Assembly (NCBI RefSeq): GCF_026210795.1
Contig: NC_089431.1
Span: forward strand, 3,534,001-3,598,000
Direction: 5' to 3'
Origin: Rhizophagus irregularis
Lineage: Eukaryota
Length of the DNA: 64,000 bases
The notes beneath the pieces are model-generated. The model was not told the DNA's origin. It was given only the letters and a program-made list of their open reading frames with translations, and did not search any database. Of the stretch, positions 26,114-37,689 are shown in pieces. Both the position numbers and the translations under genes were made by a program. Every line of letters starts with the position of its first letter. Positions within the stretch are counted from its first letter, which is position 1.

Positions 26114-27202
26114 AACATTACTAAACACTTTATAACCATCTCTCTATAAAAAAAATTACACAAATTTGAACCTTTTTATCAATTGAAAAAAAGAATTTAA
26201 TCACTTATTACTTTATCAACAGCGGCCTCAATTTCGAATGGTATGTGATTACAAAATGATGATCTAATACTCAACAGCGGCCGCCTCAATTCAAATATAT
26301 TCGAATGGTATGTGATAACAAAATGATGAATTTACCTTAAGTGCTCGCTAGACGTTTCAATGATTTTGGTTTAGTTTTTAACAAAATGTAATACTTCATA
26401 ACTAAATGTACAAGCATTTGACCTGACAACTGGTCTACCATTATTTTTTTGCGTCATTGATTTTTTAAATGCGCCATTTATTATTTTTGCGCTACTATTT
26501 ATTTCACAATTGGATTTCTTATATGACCGATATGCAAAATTGCATGTGATATTTTAATAAACGTTTTGCACTATATGTGTATTCTGCAGTTAGCCCATTA
26601 TTTTATTTATATGGTTAAATTTATAATACTAGATTATCAATTATTACGCCAAAATTCTAAAAAATACTATGTACGTATATATATATGTTGTGCCTCAGAT
26701 CGATTCTTGCCTCAGATCGCAACTCACGCACCTCAGATTGAAATCGTCATGTGAGGTGCGTGATGTGGATCATTGATAATCTGAGGTGCCTCGGTTTTAA
26801 TCTGAGGCAAATAAAAAATTTTTTTTTAAAAAAAATATCGATCGTTTTCTACTATTTTTTACTATTTTATTAATCTGAAATAGTGTTAGTTTAACTCATT
26901 AGTAACTACACTAAAAATTACTTTAATTATTATAAAGTTTTTAATAAGAACGGTTCTTTACGGCTAATTGGCTCTTTGAGGTAAGTTCGGAAGCTTTTAT
27001 TTTATTTTTTTTTGTTTTTTTCTTTTTCGGAACGGTACTAACCATTCCTACCTTTTCTTTTTTTGTTAAACATTTTAAGTAGGTTTTTTTTGTTTTTTTC
27101 TTTTTAGGAGCCGTATTTAACCCATTTCTTTTTCTTTTTTTAATAGGAACGGTTAAAATGTTTTAAGGTAGAATTCAATTTTTATTTTATTTTTTCTTTT
27201 TT

Positions 27203-27770
27203 GAACGGTACTAACCGTTTTTTTTTCTTTTTTTTTTAGCATTTCGGCCTGGGCTCTCTCCCGGTAAATAGGTATGCTATAATGTTTACTATAGTGTTAG
27301 TTTCTTTCTCCTAGAACGGTACTGACCGTTCTTTTTCTTTTTTTTTTTTTAGCAGTTCAGCCTGGACTTTCTCCCGGTAAATATTTGGTGCTATGGTGTC
27401 TATGGTGTTAGTTTCCTTCTCCTAGAACGGTACTGACCGTTCTTTTTCTTTTTTTTTTAGCATTTCGGTCTGGTCTCTCTCCCGGTAAATATTTGGTGCT
27501 ATGGTGTCTATGGTGTTAGTTTCTTTCTCCTAGAACGGTACTGACCGTTCTTTTTTCTTTTTTTTTTAGCATTTCGGTCTGGACTTTCTCCCGGTAAATA
27601 TTTGGTGCTATGGTATCTGCGGTGTTATTTTCTTTCTCATATGTTTAAATAATCGGCGTATTTGTAAAGTAGAACGGTACTGACCGTTCTTTTGTCTTTT
27701 TTTAGCATTTCGATTTGGACTCTCTCCCGGTAAATAGGTGGTGTTATGGTATCTATAATGTTGGTGTTTT
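27203..27770 (+). repeat. ~111-bp tandem repeat within the left Ginger TIR (mirrored at ~30385-30950)
   Basis: Five units beginning GAACGGTACT(G/A)ACCGTT at 27203, 27314, 27425, 27533 and 27672. Confidence 0.85.
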
Positions 27771-28186
27771 CTTCTAGATATTAGCCATTCTCTTTTCTTT
27801 TTTTAATAGGAATAGATTAATGGTTTTTTGAGAATAGGTAAATAAGATTTTGAGTAAGAAAACATGGATGTTAGAGAAATGAAAATTTATAATAAGAGGA
27901 ACGAAAAAAAATTTAATGTAAAATCTGATATTGAATAATATAAAAATTGTGTAATAAATAAAATCAACTTAAAAATTGAGATTATTGTCAGGTGATATGT
28001 GTGATGCAAATCATTGATAATCTTTACAAAGACACGACATTTTTTTATTACAGTTTTTTTTTATGGAAAACACGTTTTATCGCGTTAACAGATTGAAAAC
28101 ACATGTTTTATCTCGTTACAGTCTGAAGACACATGCTTTATATCGTTACAGCTTGAAAACACATGTTTGTAGCTATATGTTTTGTC

Positions 28187-30055
28187 ATGGAATATACGTT
28201 TATCAGCAGAGATACATTTAATGGAATTATTGAACGTTACATTGGCAACCTCCCTACGTCAAAGCAAGAAAAAGCTTTGATAAATCTTAATTTTTTAAAT
28301 AAAATTAAAGAAGTATTGTTAGACCCTAAAAATAATACTATTTCTAATAAAAATACACGTAGTTGGATTAAGAAAAAGTTTAAGCTTGAGGAAATAACAC
28401 CTGGTGACTATAGGGTAATTGTTGCAGCAAACAACAACCCAGTGTTGGCTGTAGAAAATATGTACGAAGTTTTATATCGAACTCATGCAGAAATTACACA
28501 GCATGGTGGGCAAAGACAGACATGGAAGTCTATTATAGAAAGGTGGGGTTGGATTAAACAAGATATTGTAGAACAATTTGTTAATAATTGTACAATATGT
28601 GCAGTACGAAAACCATCATTTCACCCTTTAGCAGCAAAGCCTATCATTGCAAGGAATTTTCTATCTCGTGTGCAAGTAAATATTTAATTTATTTTATATT
28701 CTTTTTTTTATTATTATTATATTTAATTTATTTTTTATTTTTTTTTAGATGGATCTTATTGATTTATCATTTGACGCAGATGGCGAATATAAATATATTT
28801 GCCATGTAAGAGATCACTTTACAAGATTCTCTTGGGCCAGAGCTCTTACTTCAAAAAGAGCTATTGAAGTAGCAGCATATCTTTTTGAACTTTTCCATTT
28901 TTTAGGCTCTCCTCCAACTATTTTACAGTCTGACAATGGGAAAGAGTTTTGTGCGGGAGTAATAAAGGAATTAATTGAAATGTGGCCTACAGTAATGATT
29001 ATAAATGGTCGTCCATGACATCCGCAGTCTCAGGGCCTAGTTGAACGTGCTAATGGAATTTTACAACAAAAGCTTGGTAAGTGGCGAGAGAATACTGGCC
29101 GAACTGATTGGTCTTTTGGTCTTAAATTTGTTATTTCAGCTATGAACAATTCATGGTGTCGGTCCCATAAAAAAACACCATATGAACTCGTATATGGTGA
29201 TAAACCACGTGGAAATTGTACTTTAATTGATGAATTATTTGCAAAAAATATCTATAATGAAGAGGATATACCTGATACTATACAAATATATGATAGTATT
29301 GAAGATTTGGATAGTGATATAATAGATGATTTGCAAGGTAAGGTTTTTAATACTAAAAAAATTATTAATTTCAATAATATTTATTAAATTTAATAAAATG
29401 TTTTTTTTAATCTAATTGCCAAATTTTATTATTTATCATACTAATACAATTAGAATCAAATATTCCAGTTCAACAATTAGATATTGAAAGAGCAGTGGTC
29501 CAAGATCAAGATAATGAAAATAATAGACATATAGTACTTATTGATCCAGTCCTTTTAGATATTACAAATAATACACAGCACGAAGTATTAAGAAATATGG
29601 CTCGTCAAGACCTTCAAGATTATACAAATAAGATGGCCAATCAAATGAGCAAGGGAAGAAAAAGAATTAAAGAATATCAGATTGGTGATCTGGTAAGGGT
29701 TGCTGTTCCTAAAATTGATAGATTTAGTGTTGATCGACCCACTTTGCCATGTAAAATTATGGAAAAAACTGAAAATAATAAATATAGTTTGGGATCAAAA
29801 TTTGGAATAATTGGAGTGTATTATTCTGCTAGTGAATTAGAACCACTTGGAACAGAAACTTTTCCTGAATTAGAAGTCATTCCCTTAAACAAAATATCAA
29901 TTAGAGAGGCTGCACGTCTTCAGAGTGCGGGTTTAGTATCAGGGGGTATATGTAATTGTAAAGGTGAATGCAATAGTAATAAATGTCGCTGTAAGAAGGC
30001 AGGTGGAGACTGTAGCAGTAGATGCCATAGTGGACGTTCATGTCAAAATAAATGA
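28187..30055 (+). pseudogene. Ginger-like / KRBA2-SCAND3-like integrase-transposase with a premature stop
   Basis: HAEITQHGG...CTIC (HHCC), QMDLID, QSDNGKEF, GRP*HPQSQGLVERAN (TGA at 29016-29018), C-terminal CNCKGECNSNKCRCKK...CSSRCH; two introns. Confidence 0.88.
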
Positions 30056-31717
30056 TGCGGCATTTGTTATATGTAAAAATATATTAATTAGTCAAAAAAA
30101 TGCATTATTACTGATGTCTTATATGAAAAAATAATAAAGAATTTGAATTTAAGTAATTTCATGTATGCTTAAATCATTGATTTTATTTGTTAATAGATTA
30201 TACACAATTTTATATTATTCAATATCAGATTTTACATTAAATTTTTTTTCGTTCCTCTTATTATAAATTTTCATTTCTCTAACATCCATGTTTTCTTACT
30301 CAAAATCTTATTTACCTATTCTCAAAAAACCATTAATCTATTCCTATTAAAAAAAGAAAAGAGAATGGCTAATATCTAGAAGAAAACACCAACATTATAG
30401 ATACCATAACACCACCTATTTACCGGGAGAGAGTCCAAATCGAAATGCTAAAAAAAAAGACAAAAGAACGGTCAGTACCGTTCTACTTTACAAATACGCC
30501 GATTATTTAAACATATGAGAAAGAAAATAACACCACAGATACCATAGCACCAAATATTTACCGGGAGAAAGTCCAGACCGAAATGCTAAAAAAAAAAGAA
30601 AAAAGAACGGTCAGTACCGTTCTAGGAGAAAGAAACTAACACCATAGACACCATAGCACCAAATATTTACCGGGAGAGAGACCAGACCGAAATGCTAAAA
30701 AAAAAAGAAAAAAGAACGGTCAGTACCATTCTAGGAGAAGGAAACTAACACCATAGACACCATAGCACCAAGTATTTACCGGGAGAAAGTCCAGGCTGAA
30801 CTGCTAAAAAAAAAAAGAAAAAAGAACGGTCAGTACCGTTCTAGGAGAAAGAAACTAACACTATAGTAAACATTATAGCATACCTATTTACCGGGAGAGA
30901 GCCCAGGCCGAAATGCTAAAAAAAAAGAAAAAAAAACGGTTAGTACCGTTCAAAAAAGAAAAAATAAAATAAAAATTGAATTCTACCTTAAAACATTTTA
31001 ACCGTTCCTATTAAAAAAAGAAAAAGAAATGGGTTAAATACGGCTCCTAAAAAGAAAAAAACAAAAAAAACCTACTTAAAATGTTTAACAAAAAAAAGAA
31101 AAGGTAGGAATGGTTAGTACCGTTCCGAAAAAGAAAAAAACAAAAAAAAAAATAAAATAAAAGCTTCCGAACTTACCTCAAAGAGCCAATTAGCCGTAAA
31201 GAACCGTTCTTATTAAAAACTTTATAATAATTAAAGTAATTTTTAGTGTAGTTACTAATGAGTTAAACTAACACTATTTCAGATTAATAAAATAGTAAAA
31301 AATAGTAGAAAACGATCAATATTTTTTTTAAAAAAAAATTTTTTATTTGCCTCAGATTAAAACTGAGGCACCTCAGATTATCAATGATCCACATCACGCA
31401 CCTCACATGACGATTTCAATCTGAGGTGCGTGAGTTGCGATCTGAGGCAAGAATCGATCTGAGGCACAACATATATAATGGAATATTCCTTAATTTAGAA
31501 ATTTACCATGATTTTAAAATTTTTTCCGTACAAAAAAAATTTTTTTCCATGATTTTTTACTAAAAAAAAAAATTCCCCTAATTCCATGATTTTTAATTTT
31601 TTTTACCTCCTTAAAAAAAAAAAATAAAAAAATAAAATGGATTTTATTTCAAGTCTCTCACCTTTCTCGCGTCTCTCACCTTCTTCGTATCTCACACCTC
31701 GCTTCTAATTCTAAAAA

Positions 31718-31732
31718 ATGAATACCAATAAT

Positions 31733-31793
<61 letters not shown>

Positions 31794-32682
31794 TTCTATT
31801 TGCTCATCAAATAACAATGCAGGAGTTTAAAGAAGGAACTAACTCTATTCATAAAACGACGCTTAACGCGCTTATTAATAACTTGCAGTAAGTAAAATAA
31901 TTAATAAAAGAAATAAATAAAGTAAAAAAATAGATAAATAAATAAATAAATAAAAGAAAAATCTTTAATTATAATCTTATAATCTTAAAATACATTTTTT
32001 GACGACTTGTAATAAATAGACCACCAGTATTTGGAAGTGGGAGAACTTCTACGTTTAGTTCGTTTGGAGTACCTTCGTTTGGAGCACCCTCGTTCGGAGT
32101 GCCTTCGTTTGGAGCACCCTTGTTCGGAGTACCTTCGCCTTCGTTTGGAGCACCCTTGTTCAGAGTACCTCGTTCGGAGTACCTTCGTTCGGAGTATCCT
32201 CGTTCAGAATTGGTAATAAAATTAATAAAATTTGTTTTTTTATATATATATATATTTAACTTTAAAACAACTTCTATTATATTATTATAGCTGCGGCAAG
32301 AGCAGCAACAATAGCAGCAACGACCACAGCAGCAACAACAACACCAACACCAACCGCACCAACAACAACAAGTGCACTAATACTAGCTGCACCAACACTA
32401 CCAATCACATCAACAACCACATCAACAACCGCATCAACAACCGCATCAACAACACCACCAATACCAACCGCATTAACAACTACATCAACAACCGCATTAA
32501 CAACCGCATCAACAACCGCATCAACAACACCACCAATACCAACCGCATTAACAACTACTGCTGCATCAACCGCAACAACAGCAGCTATTGCAACAACAAC
32601 AATAGCAGCAGCAACAACAACAACATATCACCAGTCATCAATTCCATCATACTGGCCTTTACAGCAGCAGCAGCAGCAACAG

Positions 32683-32728
<46 letters not shown>
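31718..32728 (+). pseudogene. CACTA accessory gene, 5' part (poly-N, SFG repeats, T/A-rich, poly-Q), interrupted by the Polinton-like element
   Basis: ATG 31718, (AAT)n, GT-AG introns; exon 3 ends ...SYWPLQQQQ at the insertion point. Confidence 0.65.
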
Positions 32729-33187
32729 GTCGTCGGGCTGGATGTGGGCCTCGCTACCGCTCCACCCACCTCGGCCTCGCGGCCTCGCAGTACCTATATC
32801 CCCCCTACGGGGCACAGGAATCCCCATATATCCGCCACAATCTGGGACAACATATGGAACAAATATATATACCAAATAACTAGAAAACAATAGAAAAGGA
32901 AGGAATAACGGATATAATGAGAGGGTTGTCCCGGATGTGGCAGATGTGGCAGATGTTTCAGAAAAAATATGAGAGGACATCCCCCCAGAAAAAGTTTTAT
33001 TTTTACCCCCCCAGATCCGCCACATCCGGAACATCTGGAACAAGTCAGGATTCCGTCTAATAATCTATTGGAAGCAGTGAGACAGCAAACCAGGTAAATT
33101 AGTAGGTAAGCCCCTAGAAGGTCTATAGAGCCAGTAAGACCAACCCCGTTCTGCCCCCGTCAGAAAAAATAAGTAATTGAACAATGG
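32729..33187. repeat. Left TIR of the Polinton-like element
   Basis: GTCGTCGGGCTGGATG...GAACAATGG; reverse complement of 46808-47266 with ~3 mismatches seen. Confidence 0.93.
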
Positions 33188-33230
33188 ATATTGAGAATAG
33201 AGCATATCCAGATAAGTTTAGAAGACAGTA

Positions 33231-33551
33231 CTAATCTGTTTTCCTCTTTTTTGCCTCCTTAAGGCATTTATCAATACACTGTTTACACACGTCATCAGAA
33301 TCTAAGATTTTCTGTCCAAGTTTTTTGCATTGCCGATTGTAAGCCGTCTGCTGTCTTTTAGCAGCGGTTTCTTTCTTTTTCTCCTTAGTCTTCTTCTTGA
33401 TCACCCAGTCTATTCCAGTAAAAGTATTCTTATGCATACCACAAATTGTGCAGTCACCATGCAGCCGGTAACGCCCATTTGTAGTCATATCTTGTATTTC
33501 ACTAGCCGTCTCAGTTTCCTTCTTGCACTTTAGGCAGTAAAAACGTGTCAT
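33231..33551 (-). CDS. Small zinc-ribbon protein (DUF5679-like) with basic tail
   Basis: FYCLKCKKETET...TTNGRYRLHGDCTICGMHKNTF; K-rich C-terminus with CxxCxxxC. Confidence 0.7.
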   Translation of the reverse strand: MTRFYCLKCKKETETASEIQDMTTNGRYRLHGDCTICGMHKNTFTGIDWVIKKKTKEKKKETAAKRQQTAYNRQCKKLGQKILDSDDVCKQCIDKCLKEAKKRKTD

Positions 33552-33595
33552 TTTAAGATTTGAAGTCTAAAACCATTCCTTTAATTTGTTGTAAT

Positions 33596-34687
33596 ATGTC
33601 ACACTTAGAGAATTACTATAAGTACTACAATCTCTCCGGAGTACCAGCACGAATTCTAAAAGGTGAAGAGCACTACAACCTATACAAAAAGCCCCTAAAG
33701 GAAAAGTCAACAGAACGCCCAAAGGTAATTGTATGGAAACCAAATGCAATACATCAGGCAGATCTTGCAGAGATGCCAGTTGACCCCAAAGGATTCCACT
33801 ATTTTCTCGTAGTGGTGGAAGTTGCAGGAAAGAGAGTTGATGCAGAACCCCTAAAGGATAAGACTGCAAATAGAGTTCTAAACGGGTTTGTCAAAATCTA
33901 CAGAAGAAATCGTATTAAGCCACCAACACACAGACTGGAGACAGACTCCGGATCAGAATTCACTAACGACCAGGTACGTGATTTTTTCCTGAACAGCCTA
34001 GGGGTAATGATGAGGTTCGGAGAGCCAGGAAGGCATAAACAGCAATCTTATGCTGAAAGAGCTATCCAAGCCATCCAAGAACCCCTTCTTAAACGAATGG
34101 TAGCACAGGAGTTGAAAACCGGGGTGACATCCGTGGAATGGTCAGAAGATTTCCATAATATAGTGAGTAAAGTAAATGAACTCTGGCAGAGAAATCCCCC
34201 AGACATTCCGACAGGATCACCCAAAGTGTCAAAAAAGACGGATCTCCTCTCTGAAGGAGCACGTGTCAGAGTCAAGTTAGATGAACCTATCTCAGTACTC
34301 GGTAATAAACTTCACGGAAAATTCCGTACAGGAGACATAAGATGGAACCCAAACATTCGTGTAATCAAAAAAATGATACTCTCACCCGAACAGCCTCCTA
34401 CATATCTCCTTAATGGACCACATGGTCGATTAGGTGTATCCAGATGTGCATATACCCGAAAGGAATTGCAAGTAGTTCCTATTAATGAAAAGCCTCCACC
34501 TGACTCTGTGATAAGAGGACAACCTGAAAGATTTGTTCCTGAGCAGATACTTCGGCATCGCATTAGAAAAGGTCAAGACCAGTATTTGGTTAAGTGGGAG
34601 CGCTATCCAGACACTGAGGCTACTTGGGAACCTGCTGACCGTTTGAAGGAGGATGTCCCTGACTTAATTCGCAAATTTTGGGAATAA
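33596..34687 (+). CDS. Polinton-type retroviral-like integrase with C-terminal chromodomain
   Basis: DDE: HQADL, ETDSGSEF, AERAIQAI; chromodomain FVPEQILRHR...YLVKWERYPDTEATWEP. Confidence 0.92.
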   Translation: MSHLENYYKYYNLSGVPARILKGEEHYNLYKKPLKEKSTERPKVIVWKPNAIHQADLAEMPVDPKGFHYFLVVVEVAGKRVDAEPLKDKTANRVLNGFVKIYRRNRIKPPTHRLETDSGSEFTNDQVRDFFLNSLGVMMRFGEPGRHKQQSYAERAIQAIQEPLLKRMVAQELKTGVTSVEWSEDFHNIVSKVNELWQRNPPDIPTGSPKVSKKTDLLSEGARVRVKLDEPISVLGNKLHGKFRTGDIRWNPNIRVIKKMILSPEQPPTYLLNGPHGRLGVSRCAYTRKELQVVPINEKPPPDSVIRGQPERFVPEQILRHRIRKGQDQYLVKWERYPDTEATWEPADRLKEDVPDLIRKFWE

Positions 34688-34711
34688 AAAAAATAGAAGA
34701 ATTAAAGGGTC

Positions 34712-35458
34712 TTATTTTTTATCCCCTCGATTAGCATCAGGAACTATCGGGATAAAAACATTCTTCCCATCACAGGTAAAGGCTATATGTTCACGTGATT
34801 CATGGACATCATAATTGTAACGTTTCAGACACGTTCGGCTTAACCCAATTTCCCTATGCTTGTAACCACTTAAGACTGCAAGGTCCTCAGTGATAGCATA
34901 ATCAGGGGTAAGTTTGATTGTCACTCCCTTTACCATGCCGAATGTCCTACCTGTTCCTGAAGCACCAGATATGTTATATGTAATACTCTTGTCAATATCC
35001 AACCCTAATTCCTCAGCAGCTTCTCTCTGAATAAAAGACGCATTAGCACAAGTGTCTGCTAAACACTGAATTGCTATTCCATTAACCTCCCCATCCAGTG
35101 CTAAAAGATCTTTAGTATTCTCTAAACGAGCTATGTCAATATCCATAGGATCATCTACCCTGATATCCTCTTCTTGTTCCTCCTCAACTAGGTCCTCCGG
35201 AATCTCTGTGACTTTTCTAGCAGACAATAACTCCTCCTGAAGAATCTCACGGAGTAATTTCCTAAAGTCTGCAGACCTTAACAGGCTTAATAAATCATTC
35301 TTAGTAACAGCTTTTGCAGGTGTAAACTTACTACCAGTAACTTTCACAGGAATCTTAACAGGGGTTGCTTTGCCTTTCAATGGCACACTAGAAGAGTTAA
35401 CTGCTGTCTTATTTGGGGACGACTTAAGAAGTTTTGAGATACTCGAACCTACTTTTTT
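34712..35458 (-). CDS. Retropepsin-like aspartic protease, probably expressed by -1 frameshift from Gag
   Basis: GEVNGIAIQCLADTCANASFIQREAAEELGL, ISGASG flap-like segment. The frame is open from the A-run at the Gag stop; no ATG near the 5' end. Confidence 0.78.
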   Translation of the reverse strand, partial: KKVGSSISKLLKSSPNKTAVNSSSVPLKGKATPVKIPVKVTGSKFTPAKAVTKNDLLSLLRSADFRKLLREILQEELLSARKVTEIPEDLVEEEQEEDIRVDDPMDIDIARLENTKDLLALDGEVNGIAIQCLADTCANASFIQREAAEELGLDIDKSITYNISGASGTGRTFGMVKGVTIKLTPDYAITEDLAVLSGYKHREIGLSRTCLKRYNYDVHESREHIAFTCDGKNVFIPIVPDANRGDKK

Positions 35459-36879
35459 TTTGACCCAACACGAACCATATAGACATCACCATCTTTTTCT
35501 CTCAATTCTACCTTTTCACCAAAACTCGCAGTATCAATGTCCATAGCATCATCATTAAGATCGAGGTTTCTCATTGCTTGGGCCAAATCCAGATCATCAC
35601 GTCTATCTTTAGCCTTCTGAAGTTGTTTTGTAAGTATTTTAGACGTCCCACGTTTATATCCCATAATAAGATCAATAGCATTTTGATGATCATCCAAAGT
35701 CCACTCAGGAGCATCAGGGTCATCACCAACATCATGATCTACATAACCATCATCCCAATCAGGATCCTGAGGATCCTGAACAACACGTCTCTGTGGTTTT
35801 GGTCGAACAGGTTTAATCTGCTGTCTATAGACTGGTGGATTACGAACTGGCCGAGCCTGTAATTGTTTAAATTGCACCTGAAAATTCTTGGTAAGTTCCT
35901 CAGCTTGAGCCTTAAGTAACTCTTGTAATTGTTCTTGAGTAACCCCAGATGACTTTGATGTCAGTACTACAGGTTCCTGTTTTCCTAACGGAGGTTGAGT
36001 TACATCACTGTAATCTGCTTGAAGTCGTCGATTTCTATCTTGTAACCCCAAGCGCATTTCAGCCCTTCTCCGTTCTAAATTTCTCAGATGTTTAACCAAG
36101 TCATCAGGATTAAGATTACTAAACCTTTCTGCTTCAAAAATATTATCAGCCGAAAGACCTCTAAAGAACTGGTCGATAATAAGATCATCAGTTAGTTTTA
36201 GTAATTTTCCAGCTCTCTTTACAGTTCTATAAAATGCATCGACTGGCTCATTTTCCTGATAAAGACTGTTAAAACGGATACGTTTCTTTTCATCTAAAAT
36301 AGTTGGAAATTGTGTTCTAAGCCAATAAAGCGCCTGGTTAGGTTTAATACCTGGAAAAACTATAGAACGATTATTATTAGCAGCAACACCAGCATCTGCA
36401 GTAGCTGGAGCAGCTCTATCTGTCGGACGAGCACCAGCTCTTCCCCAAGCTTTATCTCCACCTATTAAATCATGGGTAGGAATAAATGCTGCTCTAATAG
36501 TTACTAATGCATTAGCTGCATCTGTAGCATGAACATGTGCTTCAGACCCATTTACATAGGTACCTGCATTTGGTCCTCCTGCACCTTCTGGTATTACTAA
36601 TGCTACAAAAGCAGCTAAATTAGCTCCACCTCTTGAAGTAATACCAGAAAGTTCCCAATTTTTTCCTGTAATTTCTCGATCAAACCATTCAGCCGCTTCA
36701 CCAGCCATGCAGCTTCTAAGTATACCCATAGCTCTTTTCCAAGACTCTGGTGGTCCTCCAGCAGCATATGGGTTAAGATTAATAGTATCAAGATAACCCA
36801 TGTAAAGCCTAACAAATGTATCAACATCATCAGTAGCTTTACCCTCAAAAATCGGCAATCCTATCGCAGTGGTAGCCAT
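35449..36879 (-). CDS. Retrotransposon-type Gag capsid protein
   Basis: LPIFEGKATDDVDTF...MAGEAAEWF...GKNWE and FNSLYQENEPVDAFY...QFFRGL align by eye with the Ty3 Gag in this window (IEPFSGKEDEDPIEW...LRGAASDWY...GNHWE; LTLRQGSNETVNDY...MFLFGL). Confidence 0.82.
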   Translation of the reverse strand: MATTAIGLPIFEGKATDDVDTFVRLYMGYLDTINLNPYAAGGPPESWKRAMGILRSCMAGEAAEWFDREITGKNWELSGITSRGGANLAAFVALVIPEGAGGPNAGTYVNGSEAHVHATDAANALVTIRAAFIPTHDLIGGDKAWGRAGARPTDRAAPATADAGVAANNNRSIVFPGIKPNQALYWLRTQFPTILDEKKRIRFNSLYQENEPVDAFYRTVKRAGKLLKLTDDLIIDQFFRGLSADNIFEAERFSNLNPDDLVKHLRNLERRRAEMRLGLQDRNRRLQADYSDVTQPPLGKQEPVVLTSKSSGVTQEQLQELLKAQAEELTKNFQVQFKQLQARPVRNPPVYRQQIKPVRPKPQRRVVQDPQDPDWDDGYVDHDVGDDPDAPEWTLDDHQNAIDLIMGYKRGTSKILTKQLQKAKDRRDDLDLAQAMRNLDLNDDAMDIDTASFGEKVELREKDGDVYMVRVGSKKK

Positions 36880-37658
36880 ATCGTCTCTAGTGGATTGTTT
36901 AAAAGAGGTGGAGGAGGGTTCAATTGTCTAATTCGAAACCATTGTACCTGAATTCTAAGAGCAGCTATCTGTTGGAAAAGTCTATTTCTAAGTCTCCCTA
37001 ATGTCTGAATCCCAAAACGCACCCTATTATTAGCATGTGCTAGCTGTGCATTAACCTGTCCAAGTTGCGCATTAACCAATACAAGTTGTCCTCCAGTCTG
37101 AGTAGCCCTCAGCCGCCAATGATTTAAAAGGATATTACCACGATTCACAGCATTTTGAGCCTCATTACGATCCCTTACTGCTTGAGTATAATCTGCTTGT
37201 AATACATTACGTTCATGTCGTGCCTGATTACGTTCACCTATAGCCCGTCGACGAAGCTCTACCATAGTATCATAATCTCTTTGCAGGTTATGGTTTTCTT
37301 CTATGAAATTATCATTGGCAGCACGTATAATAACTAATTGACGTTCTAAATTAGTAAACGTTTCATCAAATGCATTTATCTTACCTTGTGCAAAAACTAA
37401 CAAATCTTTTGTAATACCAAGTTCTTCATGTTTTGCTTTACAGCGATACATTAATATATTAATAATATGTTTGATTTGATTATTTGCCTCCTGTATCTCT
37501 GAATCAACAGTTAAACGACCCCTGGTAGTCAATAAATTTGCATGAGCCTTAAGTATTCTAACTAATTCATCATCGTCTTTTTCATTGACCAAGTGTGCAG
37601 GAGGCGGTCCAGTAGGTTCTGAAGGAGTATAAACTGGAATTGGTGTTGATGTCGACAT
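36861..37658 (-). CDS. Coiled-coil protein overlapping the Gag start
   Basis: 265-aa ATG ORF with heptad-like ERNQARHERNVLQADY; 19-bp overlap with gag. Confidence 0.75.
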   Translation of the reverse strand: MSTSTPIPVYTPSEPTGPPPAHLVNEKDDDELVRILKAHANLLTTRGRLTVDSEIQEANNQIKHIINILMYRCKAKHEELGITKDLLVFAQGKINAFDETFTNLERQLVIIRAANDNFIEENHNLQRDYDTMVELRRRAIGERNQARHERNVLQADYTQAVRDRNEAQNAVNRGNILLNHWRLRATQTGGQLVLVNAQLGQVNAQLAHANNRVRFGIQTLGRLRNRLFQQIAALRIQVQWFRIRQLNPPPPLLNNPLETIWLPLR

Positions 37659-37689
37659 AGTATTTAAACTAAGTTAGAATAAAATTCAA

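Larger units (their letters stand above)
26686..31471 (+). mobile_element. Ginger-like (retroviral-integrase) DNA transposon with very long TIRs
   Basis: TGTTGTGCCTCAG...CTGAGGCACAACA ends; TIRs ~26686-27953 and ~30201-31471; TATA(TA) on both flanks; central integrase gene. Confidence 0.88.

Noticed and set aside
27203..27770. Regularly spaced palindromic repeats resembling a CRISPR array
   Set aside because: The intervening sequences are near-identical rather than unique spacers, the array is part of a transposon TIR, and there are no cas genes in a eukaryotic context.
32232..33043. ORFs 32232-32879 and 32585-33043 and their mirrors at 46952-47376
   Set aside because: They arise from TIR sequence joined to the CAG/CAA repeat of the interrupted gene, so they are chimeric reading-frame artefacts.
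34712..37658. Gag-pro as an independent LTR retrotransposon nested in the Polinton
   Set aside because: No LTRs, PBS, PPT, RT or TSD; only 24-31 bp separate it from the flanking genes; it shares the element's upstream motif. Not fully excluded without other copies.
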